DNA of 54,866 bases from Octopus bimaculoides (lineage: Eukaryota), in assembly GCF_001194135.2 (NCBI RefSeq), contig NC_069008.1, positions 12,010,678-12,065,543 on the forward strand. The letters run 5' to 3'. The notes beneath the pieces were generated by a model. The model ran no database searches. It had not been told where the DNA came from and was given only the letters and a program-made list of their open reading frames with translations. A program made the translations under genes and the position numbers. Of the stretch, positions 11,285 to 22,922 are shown piece after piece (positions within the stretch are counted from its first letter, which is position 1; every line of letters begins with the position of its first letter).

Positions 11285-12519
11285 GTAAGGACGACCGTGC
11301 GAACTCATAAAAGGAGAAATGGTGACGAATGGAAAAACAGAGGACTCCTTTTATTTAAATGTGTCACACGGTCGAACACAATAATATATCGAAGATGATA
11401 TACATGATATGTTATGCGACGATAACATAGATGACCAGTAATGAAANNNNNNNNNNNNNNNNNNNNNNNNNNNNNNNNNNNNNNNNNNNNNNNNNNNNNN
11501 NNNNNNNNNNNNNNNNNNNNNNNNNNNNNNNNNNNNNNNNNNNNNNNNNNNNNNNNNNNNNNNNNNNNNNNNNNNNNNNNNNNNNNNNNNNNNNNNNNNN
11601 NNNNNNNNNNNNNNNNNNNNNNNNNNNNNNNNNNNNNNNNNNNNNNNNNNNNNNNNNNNNNNNNNNNNNNNNNNNNNNNNNNNNNNNNNNNNNNNNNNNN
11701 NNNNNNNNNNNNNNNNNNNNNNNNNNNNNNNNNNNNNNNNNNNNNNNNNNNNNNNNNNNNNNNNNNNNNNNNNNNNNNNNNNNNNNNNNNNNNNNNNNNN
11801 NNNNNNNNNNNNNNNNNNNNNNNNNNNNNNNNNNNNNNNNNNNNNNNNNNNNNNNNNNNNNNNNNNNNNNNNNNNNNNNNNNNNNNNNNNNNNNNNNNNN
11901 NNNNNNNNNNNNNNNNNNNNNNNNNNNNNNNNNNNNNNNNNNNNNNNNNNNNNNNNNNNNNNNNNNNNNNNNNNNNNNNNNNNNNNNNNNNNNNNNNNNN
12001 NNNNNNNNNNNCTAAGTCACCTAACAGAATCGAAGAGAGAGATGTGCCGCGGTGGTTTGGTTTGGTGTACATAGAAAGTCGTGTAGACGCTGGTGGAGAT
12101 TGATGCTGGTTAGTAGTCGTAGACTCGTGTTGCTGATGTGGCGACGGCGGTGGTCATCGTTGGCTGGACGAAGCTGTTGAAGTGGTCGCTGGCTGATGTT
12201 GCTGCTGCTGTCGCGTGGTACACGGCACAGTCTCTAAGAGAAACTGGACCGAGACAAATTTGTTGGGTATGAGTTGATCTAGTTATAGCGAATTATCAGC
12301 TCCAAGACGGTAGCAGAAAAACACTATCACATGACCTTATTAAGGGCTGGGATTGGTCAGTTTGCGTTCTGGTGGGAACGGTTCGAAGAAGTTGCCGCTT
12401 CGAATAATAATCAGTCACGTGATGAGAATGAATGGGTTCTCTGCTACGCTCGCGTTTGTTTATATTTAAATGAGAAGAATGGCGATAGCAGTTTTGTATC
12501 TAGTGACGATAGGTAGTTT

Positions 12520-12573
<54 letters not shown>

Positions 12574-12705
12574 TTGTGTGTCTGTGTTTGTCCCCCAAAC
12601 ATCGCTTGATGGTAGCGTGTTTACGTCCCCGTAACTTAGCGCTTCGGTAAAAAGAGACCAATAGAATAAGTCCTGCGGTCGACTTGCTCGAGTAAAGGCT
12701 AGTCT
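11087..12705 (+). mobile_element. SINE family A, split at its internal (TA)n by the LTR at 11284-12526
   Basis: Head and body at 11087-11260, (TA)n on both sides of the LTR, body resumes at about 12555 (tgtttgtcccc..cgtgtttacgtccccgtaacttagcg). Confidence 0.85.
11284..12526 (-). mobile_element. Solo LTR (TG...CA), copy 1, inserted in (TA)n; contains a 565-N gap
   Basis: Ends TGTAAGGACGACCGTGCG ... TTCACTACA. Homologous to 25450-26100. The minus strand has CCAAT, a TATA-like box and AATAAA in LTR order. Confidence 0.75.
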
Positions 12706-14464
12706 GGTAGAAATAGCAGCGAAATCTTAACGCAATTTTCAACCTTGTTATCAAATATAATACCACATACGGTAGCCTGAGGTAAACTATTTGTAGATAC
12801 ACACTGAGTGACGTTAAGTACTGAATATATAATTTAATATGTTCATGATACATGTATCAATATAGTGAGAATGGGAAATTTGTGGGATGACCTCGTAAGG
12901 TGAAAGTTGAAGATTACGCGGTCAATGAAAATCTCAACATAATCTTTAACAACAATTATACACGAATAATTGACATTTATTGTATATATAGTATATAATT
13001 ATGACAATATATTCATGAAACAGATTACAACATGAGTGTAAAACGATGCGTACAACAGGGACAAAGCCAAGTGAGGAATGAACTTTTGAATGGAAACAAA
13101 ACGAATAGTGTCAGTACGTAGAGACATCTATCGGTTAATTGAGGAAATATATAATATATAAATATCAAGGGGGACAACTTCCTCGCCTTGAATATTGATA
13201 TGAAATCAACGGGTACGGATGTACTTGCTCCCGTCTAAAAACGGTGAGTTGATAAAGATTCACTTTAACGTTGTAAGATAGGGGAATTACGTGAACCCTT
13301 CAGTAATTTTTTAGAAGTGAAAACATATAATAACGTTTTACGTATTACTGGATAATACTTTAGAACTGAAATATTGATCTGTTATTTTTGAAAAAGCGAA
13401 ATTCTGGTTTAAGCATCCCATATGATCCTCATTTTGTTGTTTTGAATTTTAAGAAAATTTTTAGGAATATGTGTTCTAGATACTGGAACTCAGACGATTA
13501 TGCAAAAAACAAAAAAATTGTGTTGGCGATTTAGCTGTTTTTAGCACATTTCACGACCACTTTCTTCGTTTCTTTGTCACTCTGACATTGATGTTTTTCA
13601 TTATTTTTCTCCTCATAAACATTAATGGAATAATGATATACCCAAGGGTGGTCCATTGCTGGGATTTAAGCAAATTCTACTGTAAATTCTATGTTTTTTT
13701 TAACCAAAGTTCAAAGGTGTTGGTTGTTACATGAACTTGAATTTTAGTTGAGTATATCTTGTAATTTGGAAGAATGGATTACAACTGTTTTTGTATTTAA
13801 CTGGTACTTAAACCTTTAACTGTGGGATGTTAACTCAAAACATAAAGGGCTGTAACTAAATACCAATTCTGCTATCCATCACAATTTCTAATTAAATGCA
13901 AACATATTCACTCAGTATAACAGAGGATTATTTATCTAAGTAGCTTCTCTGTTAAAGAATCTTAACTCTGGTTATACTGATCTAAATACACTCGTAAAAC
14001 TTCCCAGATGTTAGGTATTTAGTTTATGACAATCCCTGACTTTTCAGTCTTTAATAGAAGTGTTTGAAAATAAATAATTGACAGTCTGGTTCATTTTGGC
14101 CTTTGAGCTTGCTCTAAATTACATGTAAATCAATATAATTTATTACAGTTTATGGTTGGTGTTATTTATGAAGGTATAGGGGCTTGAACCCTATCACACT
14201 ATATTCAGTTAGGAATCACAGGTGAGCCACTCCAGTTTCACGTGAGGCTGTGTTGTGATATGACCTCTTGAACATTCTAAAATTGTCCCTCTTTTCACCC
14301 TGTGATATCTGGCTGAAATTCAGTTGTTCAGGTAATATTTATGTCTCTAGTTTTATTTATTTATTTATTATTTTTTTATAGAAATGTTATAAAATATCCA
14401 TTGTTGTATACCTAGTTTTTATGTATCTTCTATATCTTACACTGTTGTTTCACTTTAATTTCAG

Positions 14465-15276
14465 GTTGTCAGATGGCACTGATGTAGAATTCTTTACCTC
14501 AAGTACATCATCAATATGTATTATATATTATAAATAATGGGAAATATCATGTTAACATAAATCTATGATGAATTATTATAGCGAAATATCCCATTTGCAC
14601 TTGGATTAAATAATACTGTCTTTCTTACCTGGACTATTGCCATATTTTTGCATTTGAATTAAGATTGGACATATTTACAAGGGAGTTTCCAGCATCTAAA
14701 GATATCAGCAAATGTCATTGTTGATGGAAATATAATGTTTTGTAGTAATATAGAATTATTTTATGAGGAATAAACTATCAAAATGCAGACAAGAAAAATA
14801 TCCATATATTGTGGTGAGAAGAGAAAATTAGTGGGAAAATGAATTATGTAAGAAAATTAGGAGATTCATGTTTTCCTGAAGAGATGGCAGAAGAGATAAG
14901 AAAATAATTATTCCATTGTGCAATAAATCTTTTCACATAACAATGACTTAACTATACAAAAACATATTCACACAGAAGGGAAACCATTTCACTGTCATAT
15001 CTGGGGTAAATTATTCTCTGCAAATGATAAGTTAACTACTCACAAAAATGTTCATACTGGAGAGAAACCACATTGCTGTAATGTCTGTGGTGAATCACTC
15101 TCTAAAAGGGAAAACTTAACTATATATAAGCATAGTCATACAAGAGAGAAGACATATCACAGTGATATATATCTGTGGTAAAGTCTTATGTTGTGGTAAA
15201 ACCCTAATTATTGACAAACATTCATAGAAGTAAGAAGGCAGATCATTGTGATTTGTGTGGTAAATCATATTCTGAA
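14465..15276 (+). other. Probable 5' leader of ZNF-2, including a relic N-terminal peptide and about 4 eroded fingers (14835-15210)
   Basis: Acceptor tttaatttcAG at 14463-14464 is paralogous to 27827-27828. Relic translation: [87 protein letters not shown]. In-frame TAA at 15205-15207. Confidence 0.6.
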
Positions 15277-16161
15277 ATGAGTGACTTAATTAAACACAAA
15301 CATATTCAGACTAGAGAGATGCCATATCAGTGTGTTGTCTGTGGTAAATCATTCTCTCAAACAAGTAGCTTAACTACACATATACGTATTCACACAGGAG
15401 AGAAACCATTTCATTGTGATATCTGTGGTAAACTATTCTCTAGAAACAGTGACTTAACTAAACACAAGCGTATTCATACAGGAGAGAAACCTTATCATTG
15501 TGATATCTGTGACAAATCATTCTCTCGGAATGAAAACTTAACTATACACAAACGCATTCATACAGGAGAGGAACCACATCAGTGTGATGTCTGTGGTAAA
15601 TCATTCTATATAAGTAGCCACTTAATTGTTCACAAACGTATTCATACAGGAGAGAAGCCATATCACTGTGATATTTGTGCTAAATCTTTTTCACGTAAAT
15701 CTGAAGTAACTAAACACAAACGTATTCATACAGGAGAAAAACCATATCAGTGTGATATCTGCGGTAAATCTTTCTCTGTAAATTATAGGTTAACTACTCA
15801 CAAATATGTTCATACGGGAGAGAAATCACATTGCTGTGATATCTGTGGTGAATCTTTCTTACATATTGAAAACTTAACTACACATAAGCGTACTCACACT
15901 GGAGAGAAACCATTTCACTGTGATATCTGTGGTAAGGCCTTCTCCCAAAAGAGTAATGTAACTAGGCATAAACGTGTTCATACAGGAGAGAAGCCATATC
16001 AGTGTGATGTTTGTGGTAAATCTTTCTCTGAAACTAGTCTTATAATTAGACACAAACGCATTCATACAGGAGAGAAGCCACATCAGTGTGATATATGTTC
16101 TAAATCATTCTCTCGAAAAATTTACTTAGTCAAACATATAGCTATTCATACTGATGTGTAG
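15277..16161 (+). CDS. Tandem C2H2 zinc-finger protein (ZNF-2), 10 intact fingers
   Basis: The ORF is open from TTG 15211 and the first ATG is at 15277. Ten intact CDIC-type fingers with TGEKP linkers, stop TAG at 16159-16161. Confidence 0.85.
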   Translation: MSDLIKHKHIQTREMPYQCVVCGKSFSQTSSLTTHIRIHTGEKPFHCDICGKLFSRNSDLTKHKRIHTGEKPYHCDICDKSFSRNENLTIHKRIHTGEEPHQCDVCGKSFYISSHLIVHKRIHTGEKPYHCDICAKSFSRKSEVTKHKRIHTGEKPYQCDICGKSFSVNYRLTTHKYVHTGEKSHCCDICGESFLHIENLTTHKRTHTGEKPFHCDICGKAFSQKSNVTRHKRVHTGEKPYQCDVCGKSFSETSLIIRHKRIHTGEKPHQCDICSKSFSRKIYLVKHIAIHTDV

Positions 16162-16260
16162 CTTTATCGCAATCAAAATTCATTTTTTAACAACCATTTT
16201 ACCTGATAAATCCTTGTGGATAGTAATTGTTCTCATAGTTAACTTGTTATAGCAGTGTCT

Positions 16261-16482
16261 TTAACCTTTTAGTATTCAGATTCTTCTGTCTAATTAAATG
16301 CTTATTTATTCACAGTTTTGAATTACACATTCTCTTTTTATGTCAAGATTTCTATGATGTGCTTTTTTATCTTTAGGACGACACTGTAACATAGGTGTGA
16401 GAGGCTGAATATGGCAAATTTGAACGTAAAACAGGTAGAATATTTGAGCTGGATATGGCCAGTTTAAATTCTAAAGGCTTAA
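16261..16482. mobile_element. TTAA-flanked MITE (piggyBac-like ends)
   Basis: ttaacctttt ... ctaaaggcttaa. The body is the reverse complement of 29731-29936 and matches 21262-22002. Confidence 0.65.
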
Positions 16483-17430
16483 TTAAGTTTGTGTCCTTAT
16501 GGATATGTACCCTAATTAAAACCAGAATATGAGCATTTTCTCAACCTTTATTCCACGAAAAGATATCTTAAATAACCATAAATATATTGACCCAGTTACA
16601 GGCTATTTTAGAAATAACAGCCTCCCAACATTATATAATATATAAAACCACAACTATATCTGGAAATGTGACATGGTTTAACTGTGATATTGTTAATAAA
16701 AACATTCACATGTATATTCAATCTAACGTCTGTCATGTTAGTCTGATGACATTTTATGTCAACTACACATAACATAGCCAAAACTGGAATAAGTTTCTTT
16801 TTCAGGACTGATGAATTATTAATCCTTTACAAGACACACATGAATTCTCATGTGAGAGTTATTGCTCACATATCTAGTACAGAGTAGCTATATCACACTC
16901 ATGTACTTTAGATTTTGTGTAAAAGCACCATCTGAATTGTTAACAATCATTCACTCACCAACAAGCTGCAACTATTTCCTACAATCTTTTCTCTTCTTCT
17001 GACTCAGCAAGTTGTGTACAATTCCTGCTTCGAACGCTTACATCTTTATTTCTATACCAAAAAGGCAAAAATGGAACTTATACATTCCCTCCACCTGCTT
17101 GAAATAGCAGCTGAATCTCGAATAGCATTCTACCATCTTTGAAAAAGAAAGACATGTCTCCAGAATAGGATAATGTTCTTGGTACAGTGCCATAAAAGTA
17201 ATTAAAGAATGGACACACCTTTGACCATTGGTCAGTTCTATGAGGACTAACCAGGAGCCATACAAAAACTTCATAGAAGAGACAGTTTCTTCTTGTAATA
17301 ATTTGGGTGATAACATTTTCTGGCAAATCAAGTCAATTGGTTTCTATTATTTCTTATTTGACAACAGGAAATGATTCCTTATTTCAACAGTCAGTACTTT
17401 TCTTGGAGTAGAGTCTGTTGTATTGTATCT

Positions 17431-18468
17431 CATGTAGGATCTTTGGGGTTTAACAGGCAACATTTGTTTTCTTAACGAAACACTTTAAAACTTGGGACAC
17501 TGGTAGAATGTGTCATATAAAACAACTTCTTCTCTTAACCTTCTTAACAAAATTTTGTACATCGCAAGTTATTTCATGTTAATGTTGTCATATTTCTGTA
17601 ATTTCAACCAATCACTGACGTCTATTCAGCTGAATACAGTTAGTGCTGTTTTCTAAACAGTAGCTTTTGACTGGTAAGAAAAAATGTTATTCCCCTGACA
17701 TATTTCATCCGGTTTTTTGGTTTGTTTTCTTTTGAAGCAGACAAAATTACAGAAAAATGGTAATTTATATGCAAATATTGTTGGTAATCTTCAAGTTTAG
17801 GGGGATAAAAAAATAAATAAAAATATTCAAGGGAAATAACTGAACGACTTACCAGTATTATCCGTTTTCTTCTAGCTGTTTATAAATAAATCACACCCTA
17901 ACCCTAACGTCAATCAAATCACGTGTGTGATTTATTTATAAACAGAGATGTACGGAGAATACTGGTAAGACGTTCAGTTACTTCCCTTGAATATTTTTAT
18001 TTATTTTATTTATCCCCCTAAACTTGAAGATTACCATATTGTTTATATAATAAATTACGCTGTGCGTATCTGTTATTAATGCACCTCCACCAAGTGCTTC
18101 ATTTCCTAGAAATAGCAGCCAAATCTTCAAATCAAACTCTAGTTAGGGTTAGGGTTAAGCAAGAACAAATCAAATGAAAAAATAAGCTGAGCAACACACG
18201 TGTTTACGAACAGTCTAGTTAATCGGAAATGTCAGAACTAACGGGGATTAATACCATATACACCGTTACAGCAGTTACTGAATAGACGTCAGTGATTGGT
18301 TGAAATTATCAAAATAAGACAATTTTTAACGTGAAATAACTTCAAATACAAAAATTTTTTATCTGTTCTATACCATAAAATATACAAGTATACGAAGTTT
18401 GAAAGTGTTTCGGTACCAAAAACACTACCAAAAAAATGTTGCCCGTCAAACCCCACAGATCCCTCATG
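17431..18468. repeat. Nested inverted repeats (MITE-like): outer arms 17431-17629 / 18278-18468, inner near-perfect arms 17782-17896 / 17925-18036
   Basis: Checked by reverse complement. The inner arms (about 110 bp) are nearly identical around a 28-nt spacer. The outer arms share ttcaaccaatcactgacgtctattcag and ggatct.tggggttt.ac.ggcaacattt. Confidence 0.8.
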
Positions 18469-18752
18469 TAAACCAACAATAAATGTTTCCAAATGTATAC
18501 TTTACGGATATGAACATGTATGTAAACTGTGTAATTAAAAAAGTAACAATCAGTTTGTAAGATGAAAATATGTGGAACATATTGTATGAATGAATAATGA
18601 ATTATCAAACCCAAAACTGGATGTTTTTACAATACAAGGCAATGAAAAGGTTCGTTTTGCTTCAAGTTAAAAGAAATGATGTCATATGAAAATGTAAAGT
18701 GGGTACAGTGTGAGATGTTACCTTTATTCCAGATACATTTAGGCACTAATCT

Positions 18753-19015
18753 GAAGGTGTGTGGCCTAGTGATTAGGCTGTTGCATTCACGATTGCTAGA
18801 TCATGGATTCGATTCCCTGATTGAACAGTGCATTGTGTTCTTGAGTCAAATACTTTATTTCATGTTGCTCCAGTCCTTCTGTCAGCAAGGATTGTTGGCC
18901 TGCTCACCTGGTTAGATGGGTGGTGTCATTTTAAGGCTAAAATAATGCAAAATACATTGTGACCACTGATGTGTAACAATGTCTGACAGCCTGGTTGGTC
19001 ATGCGATCATGTGAA
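18753..19015 (+). mobile_element. tRNA-derived SINE family D (decayed)
   Basis: gaaggtgtgtggcctagtg head, and a tgtgttcttgag..ctttatttcatgttgctccagt core shared with 34853-35173 and 26317-26657. Confidence 0.65.
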
Positions 19016-19794
19016 ATCTGCTCTGTTCATTAGATCTTATTTATTATTTTGCAAAATTTTATGTTAGGGTACATACCACCAAATTAAAACTGATGCTAAT
19101 TTAAAGATATCACCTGAACTACCAAATCTATTGTTTTGTTGTGATAGACATGAACGCCATATGGCATTAAAAAAAATGCAAGAATGACAGAGGGGGTGAA
19201 CAAAAGTAGGTATACCATTGCTTAATATGAGTGGAGTGTTCTTTTCCTTACTCTTTTAAACTTAAGTGATTCATAAGTTGACTAAGGGATCTGTGGTAGA
19301 AGCGTAGTTCATTGGAAGCCCTCTCTTTTCATTTCTGGGGTTATTGAGGGAATGCTTGAGTGACATTAAGCAATTGTATACCTTCTTTTCTCAACCCCGC
19401 CCGTGTATTTCAGTGTAAAGGACATTACTGAGCCATATTAAGAACAAAGTACTTCATAAATAGAAATAAAAAGAAAAAAATAAATAAATGAGAGTCATGT
19501 AAAATCTCATCACTTAAGTTTGTGACAGAATTTTCCCATAATATTTAACCCTGGTATTAATACCGTCTTTGTTGCTAATATATATTTTATTAACAAGCTC
19601 ACTGGCTAATTGCGACTCCACTACCAGTCCAGGCACTGATTTTCTATATATCGCTAATGGGGAGATGAGTCAGTCTCTCTAGCAGTCGGGCATCTGTCAA
19701 TGATGAGGTCAAGGAAGTTCAAAATCATGTGATCTATTGGTCTCAGTGTTGGAGTTGGTGGGGATTTATCTCCTCACTAGTGATATAAACAAGA

Positions 19795-20768
19795 GTGTAT
19801 TTTGCACCAAAAGCCTATAAGTTTCTCTCAGCTCTAACAAGCCACAGTTATCCAGTATTATATGCGGTGAACCAGTCTCCCATCAAAACCTACGGTCAGA
19901 TATCTTTAACTCTAGACCTTGCCTTGCGTCAAGATTTTAAATGGATTTTTGTCATAGCAGACCTGCCACAGCCTATCCTCAGGGCAGACTTCTTATACCA
20001 CTATTCACTCCTGGTAGATGTCAGGAAACAGAGACTTGTGGATACTACCGCATCTTTATCTACGCCTGCATGTGAATCTACCGCTGCTATCCACAGCCCA
20101 TCATTTTTTGTAGCTGTTGCCAATAACCAGTTTCCCGAGTTAATGGATCTATCATTTAAGCCTACTCAGACAGTCTGCTCGACTCAACACTTTATTACAA
20201 CAACTGGTCCACCCGTTTTCTCTCATCCACATAGACTAGTGCCAGACAAGCTCAAGAAAGCCCACGCTGAATTCGAGCACATGCTCCAGCTTGGTCTTAT
20301 ATGTTCTACTAGCCCTTGGGCATCTCCGCTATACCTAGCTGGGAAGGGTGAAGCGGGTTTTAGACCCGTTGGTGATTACAGGAGACTTAATGCTATCACC
20401 ACACTTGATCGTTATCCCCTACCCAACTTAAAGGATTTTTCTTATGTTCTCCATGGTTGCTCTATATTTTCCAAAGTGGATCTGATATGTGCGTACCACC
20501 AAATCCCAACGAACCTGGAAGATATATCTAAAACTGCCGTAACCACTCTGGTTCATTCTGATTCCTATCTATGCCTTTTGGTCTGAGAAATGCTGCCAGT
20601 ACATTCCAGCGTTTCGTCGATGAAGTTGTACACGGATTGAATTTGTTTGTTTTTGCTCATGTAGATGACCTCCTTGTAACCAGCGACACAGTTGAACATC
20701 ATCATCAACATCTATCTCAGTTGTTTCAACGTCTGCGAGCGTGTCATGTAAAGGTCAATTCAGCTTAA
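19795..20768 (+). mobile_element. Gypsy/Ty3 LTR-retrotransposon pol relic (protease C-half plus RT), frameshifted
   Basis: IKTYGQISLTLDLALRQDFKWIFVIADLPQPILRADFL (protease); SPWASPL, FRPVGDYRRLN, DRYPLP, FSKVDL..AYHQIP; after a frameshift MPFGLRNAASTFQR..AHVDDLLV (YVDD changed to HVDD). Confidence 0.9.
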
Positions 20769-20964
20769 TGTGCTAAACATCTTGCCTGGCATGCTAATGA
20801 TTCTGCCTGCTTGCTGCCCTAGAATATAATAAACATTGATGATGTATTTGAGGGAAACTCTTTGGTGCAAATGTTATTTGATTTTCCAGCTATGCTATGA
20901 CACACACACCACAAACATGATTGCCACTTCTTCCTAGAAGGCTATCATGAGATATGATATGATT

Positions 20965-21140
20965 AGCAAGTCTAGCTTTGAACAACCAGACCCTATTGCT
21001 GATGTTACAAACATAAGAAACGTTTTAGGGATTCTGTGAGAAACAACCTTAAAGCTTTTAGTGTGGATGTTGTTGAAGACTGGGAGCAGATGATGGAAAA
21101 TTATCTAAGATGGTTGAAAAGCATTTGAAATGTGGATGTA
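20965..21140 (+). mobile_element. RTE LINE 3' fragment, duplicate of 22185-22390
   Basis: aagaaacgttttagggat.ctgtgagaaaca.cctt.aagctttta.tgt.gatgtt and ttgaaaagcatttgaaatgtgga occur in both places. Confidence 0.6.
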
Positions 21141-21261
21141 ATGGAGAAATAGCAGTATAAGATATAGAAAATACCTAAAATGCAGAGACTTGCACAACAT
21201 ATTGTCATTTCGTCAAAGCTTTGGAATCAAACCTGCCTTAAAAGGATCCATTTAGCTTTTG

Positions 21262-22002
21262 AAACCATTTAGCTTTCAAATTACTCTGTCAAATATAATG
21301 CTTATTTTTTCATATTGCTTTGTATTAATCATGCATTATCTTGTGGTTTCAAAATGTCAATGATGTGATTGCTTATTTTTACAATGACTGTGCATCTCCT
21401 TTACAGCAGCACACCTGTTCCTGCCTTCTTTCTTGTTAACTCTCTCTCTCTCTCTGGCTGGGTAACCATGTACCTCCTTTTCAGTAAGACACCTGTTTCT
21501 GTCTCTCTGTTACACTCTAACTTTTCATCATCTGACACAAGATCACCTTTTCCAATGCCACCTCCCCTCTCAAAGATTCCTTGTCTTGTAAAGTTACTTG
21601 GTAACCCTGCCAATGTTGGTGCCACTTAAAAAGCATCCAGTCCACACTGTAAAGTGGTTGGCATTTGAAAGAGCATCCAGCTGTAGAAACCATGCCAAAA
21701 CTGACCTTGCCTGTACTGATGCCATGTAAAAAAGCACTTAGCCCATTCTGCAGGGTGGTTGGTTTTAGGAAGGGCATCTGGCTATAAAAACCATGCCAAA
21801 ACAGACACAGAAGTATAATGCAGGCTTCTGCCTGGCCAGTTCCTGTTAAACTGTCCAACCCATGCAAGCATGGAAGGGGAATGTTAAACGGTGATGGATG
21901 ACATTGTAGGGTAGGTTAGTGAGCCTGGATCTGGTCAGTTTGGACATAAAACAGGTAGGATATTTTGGCCGGATATGGCTGGTTTAAATGCTAAATGGTT
22001 AA
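21262..22002. mobile_element. TTAA MITE, itself interrupted by a family E retroposon at 21389-21897
   Basis: Left half aaaccatttagc..ttttacaatgac, right half atgacattgtagggtagg..ctaaatggttaa. ATGAC occurs at both junctions (21384-21388 and 21898-21902). Confidence 0.7.
21389..21897 (+). mobile_element. (GAT)n-tailed retroposon family E with pyrimidine-rich 5' extension
   Basis: Same modules and tail as 9590-9852; bounded by ATGAC duplications. Confidence 0.75.
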
Positions 22003-22484
22003 ACATCAAATGGCAGTCTCTAAGACAAGGCTCCTTTGTTTTTCATCAAGCCAACACATCCAGTACTGAGATGCTCCTCCATCAGCTGTGTTGGACTGGA
22101 CTCCTTACAAGGATGGAAAAAGATAGGTTGATTAAGCAGTTGTTTTTCTGGAGCTGCAAAGCAGTAAATGTCCAATACATAAACCCAAGAAACGTTTTAG
22201 GGATGCTGTGAGAAACAGCCTTTAAGCTTTTAATGTAGATGTTGAAGGCTGCAAGCAGATGAGAGAGAATCAATTGGTCTGCAAAAAGGTGATTTATGAT
22301 AGTTGAAAAGCATTTGAAACATGAATTTTGAAGACTGGGAGCAGATGAAAAAGAACCAGTCGGTTTGGTTGAAAAGCATTTGAAATGTGGAGAATCCAGT
22401 GCTCCCCATTGAAACAAGCACTTCATAAACAGGGCCTCAATTCAATCCCAGACACTGTTTTTTGCTTGGAAATGTTTGTAACAT

Positions 22485-22922
22485 CTGCAGTAGGGATCGG
22501 TGTTATCGATTAGTCCCCTTCCTTCGAAATTGCTAGCCTTGTGCCAAAATTTGAAACCAATCTGAGCTCAATTTTCGTCAAGGTTGACTTTGCCTTTCAT
22601 CCTCTTGGAGTCGATAAAATAAATATCGGTTGAGTACTGGCGTTGATGTAATCGACGTTACTCCTCCCACGAAATTGACGGCTTTCTTCCAAAATTTGAA
22701 CCCAATATTTATTCATCTAAAATGCCGAGCTTGTAGAATGGTTATCACGCTGGGCAAAACGTTAAGTGGCATTTCATCCGTCCTTATGTTCTGAGTTCAA
22801 ATTCCCGCGAAGTCGACTTTAATTTTCATCCTTTCGGGGTTGAACACTGAAGTCGATGTAACTGATTTACCAGGTCCTCCGAAATTGCTGGCACTGGGCC
22901 AAAATTTGAAACTAATATTTAT
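22485..22922 (+). mobile_element. Three head-to-tail partial copies of tRNA-derived SINE family B
   Basis: cgaaattg..ggc..t..gccaaaatttgaa.c.aat occurs at about 22525-22561, 22670-22710 and 22880-22918. The last copy has the head and gagttcaaatt B-box. Confidence 0.7.

Larger units (their letters stand above)
21210..22390 (+). mobile_element. RTE LINE C-terminal fragment interrupted by a TTAA MITE (about 21255-22002)
   Basis: VKALES..CLKRI before the MITE and NIKWQ right after TTAA 21999-22002, then QLCWTGLLTRMEKDRLIKQLFF..KPKKRFRDAVRNS. Confidence 0.7.

Noticed and set aside
17038-17331. Two overlapping minus-strand ORFs
   Set aside because: No motif and no similarity to other window features.
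17896-18154. TTAGGG/CCCTAA doublets as interstitial telomere
   Set aside because: Only two units each, within repeat-like sequence; not a telomeric array.
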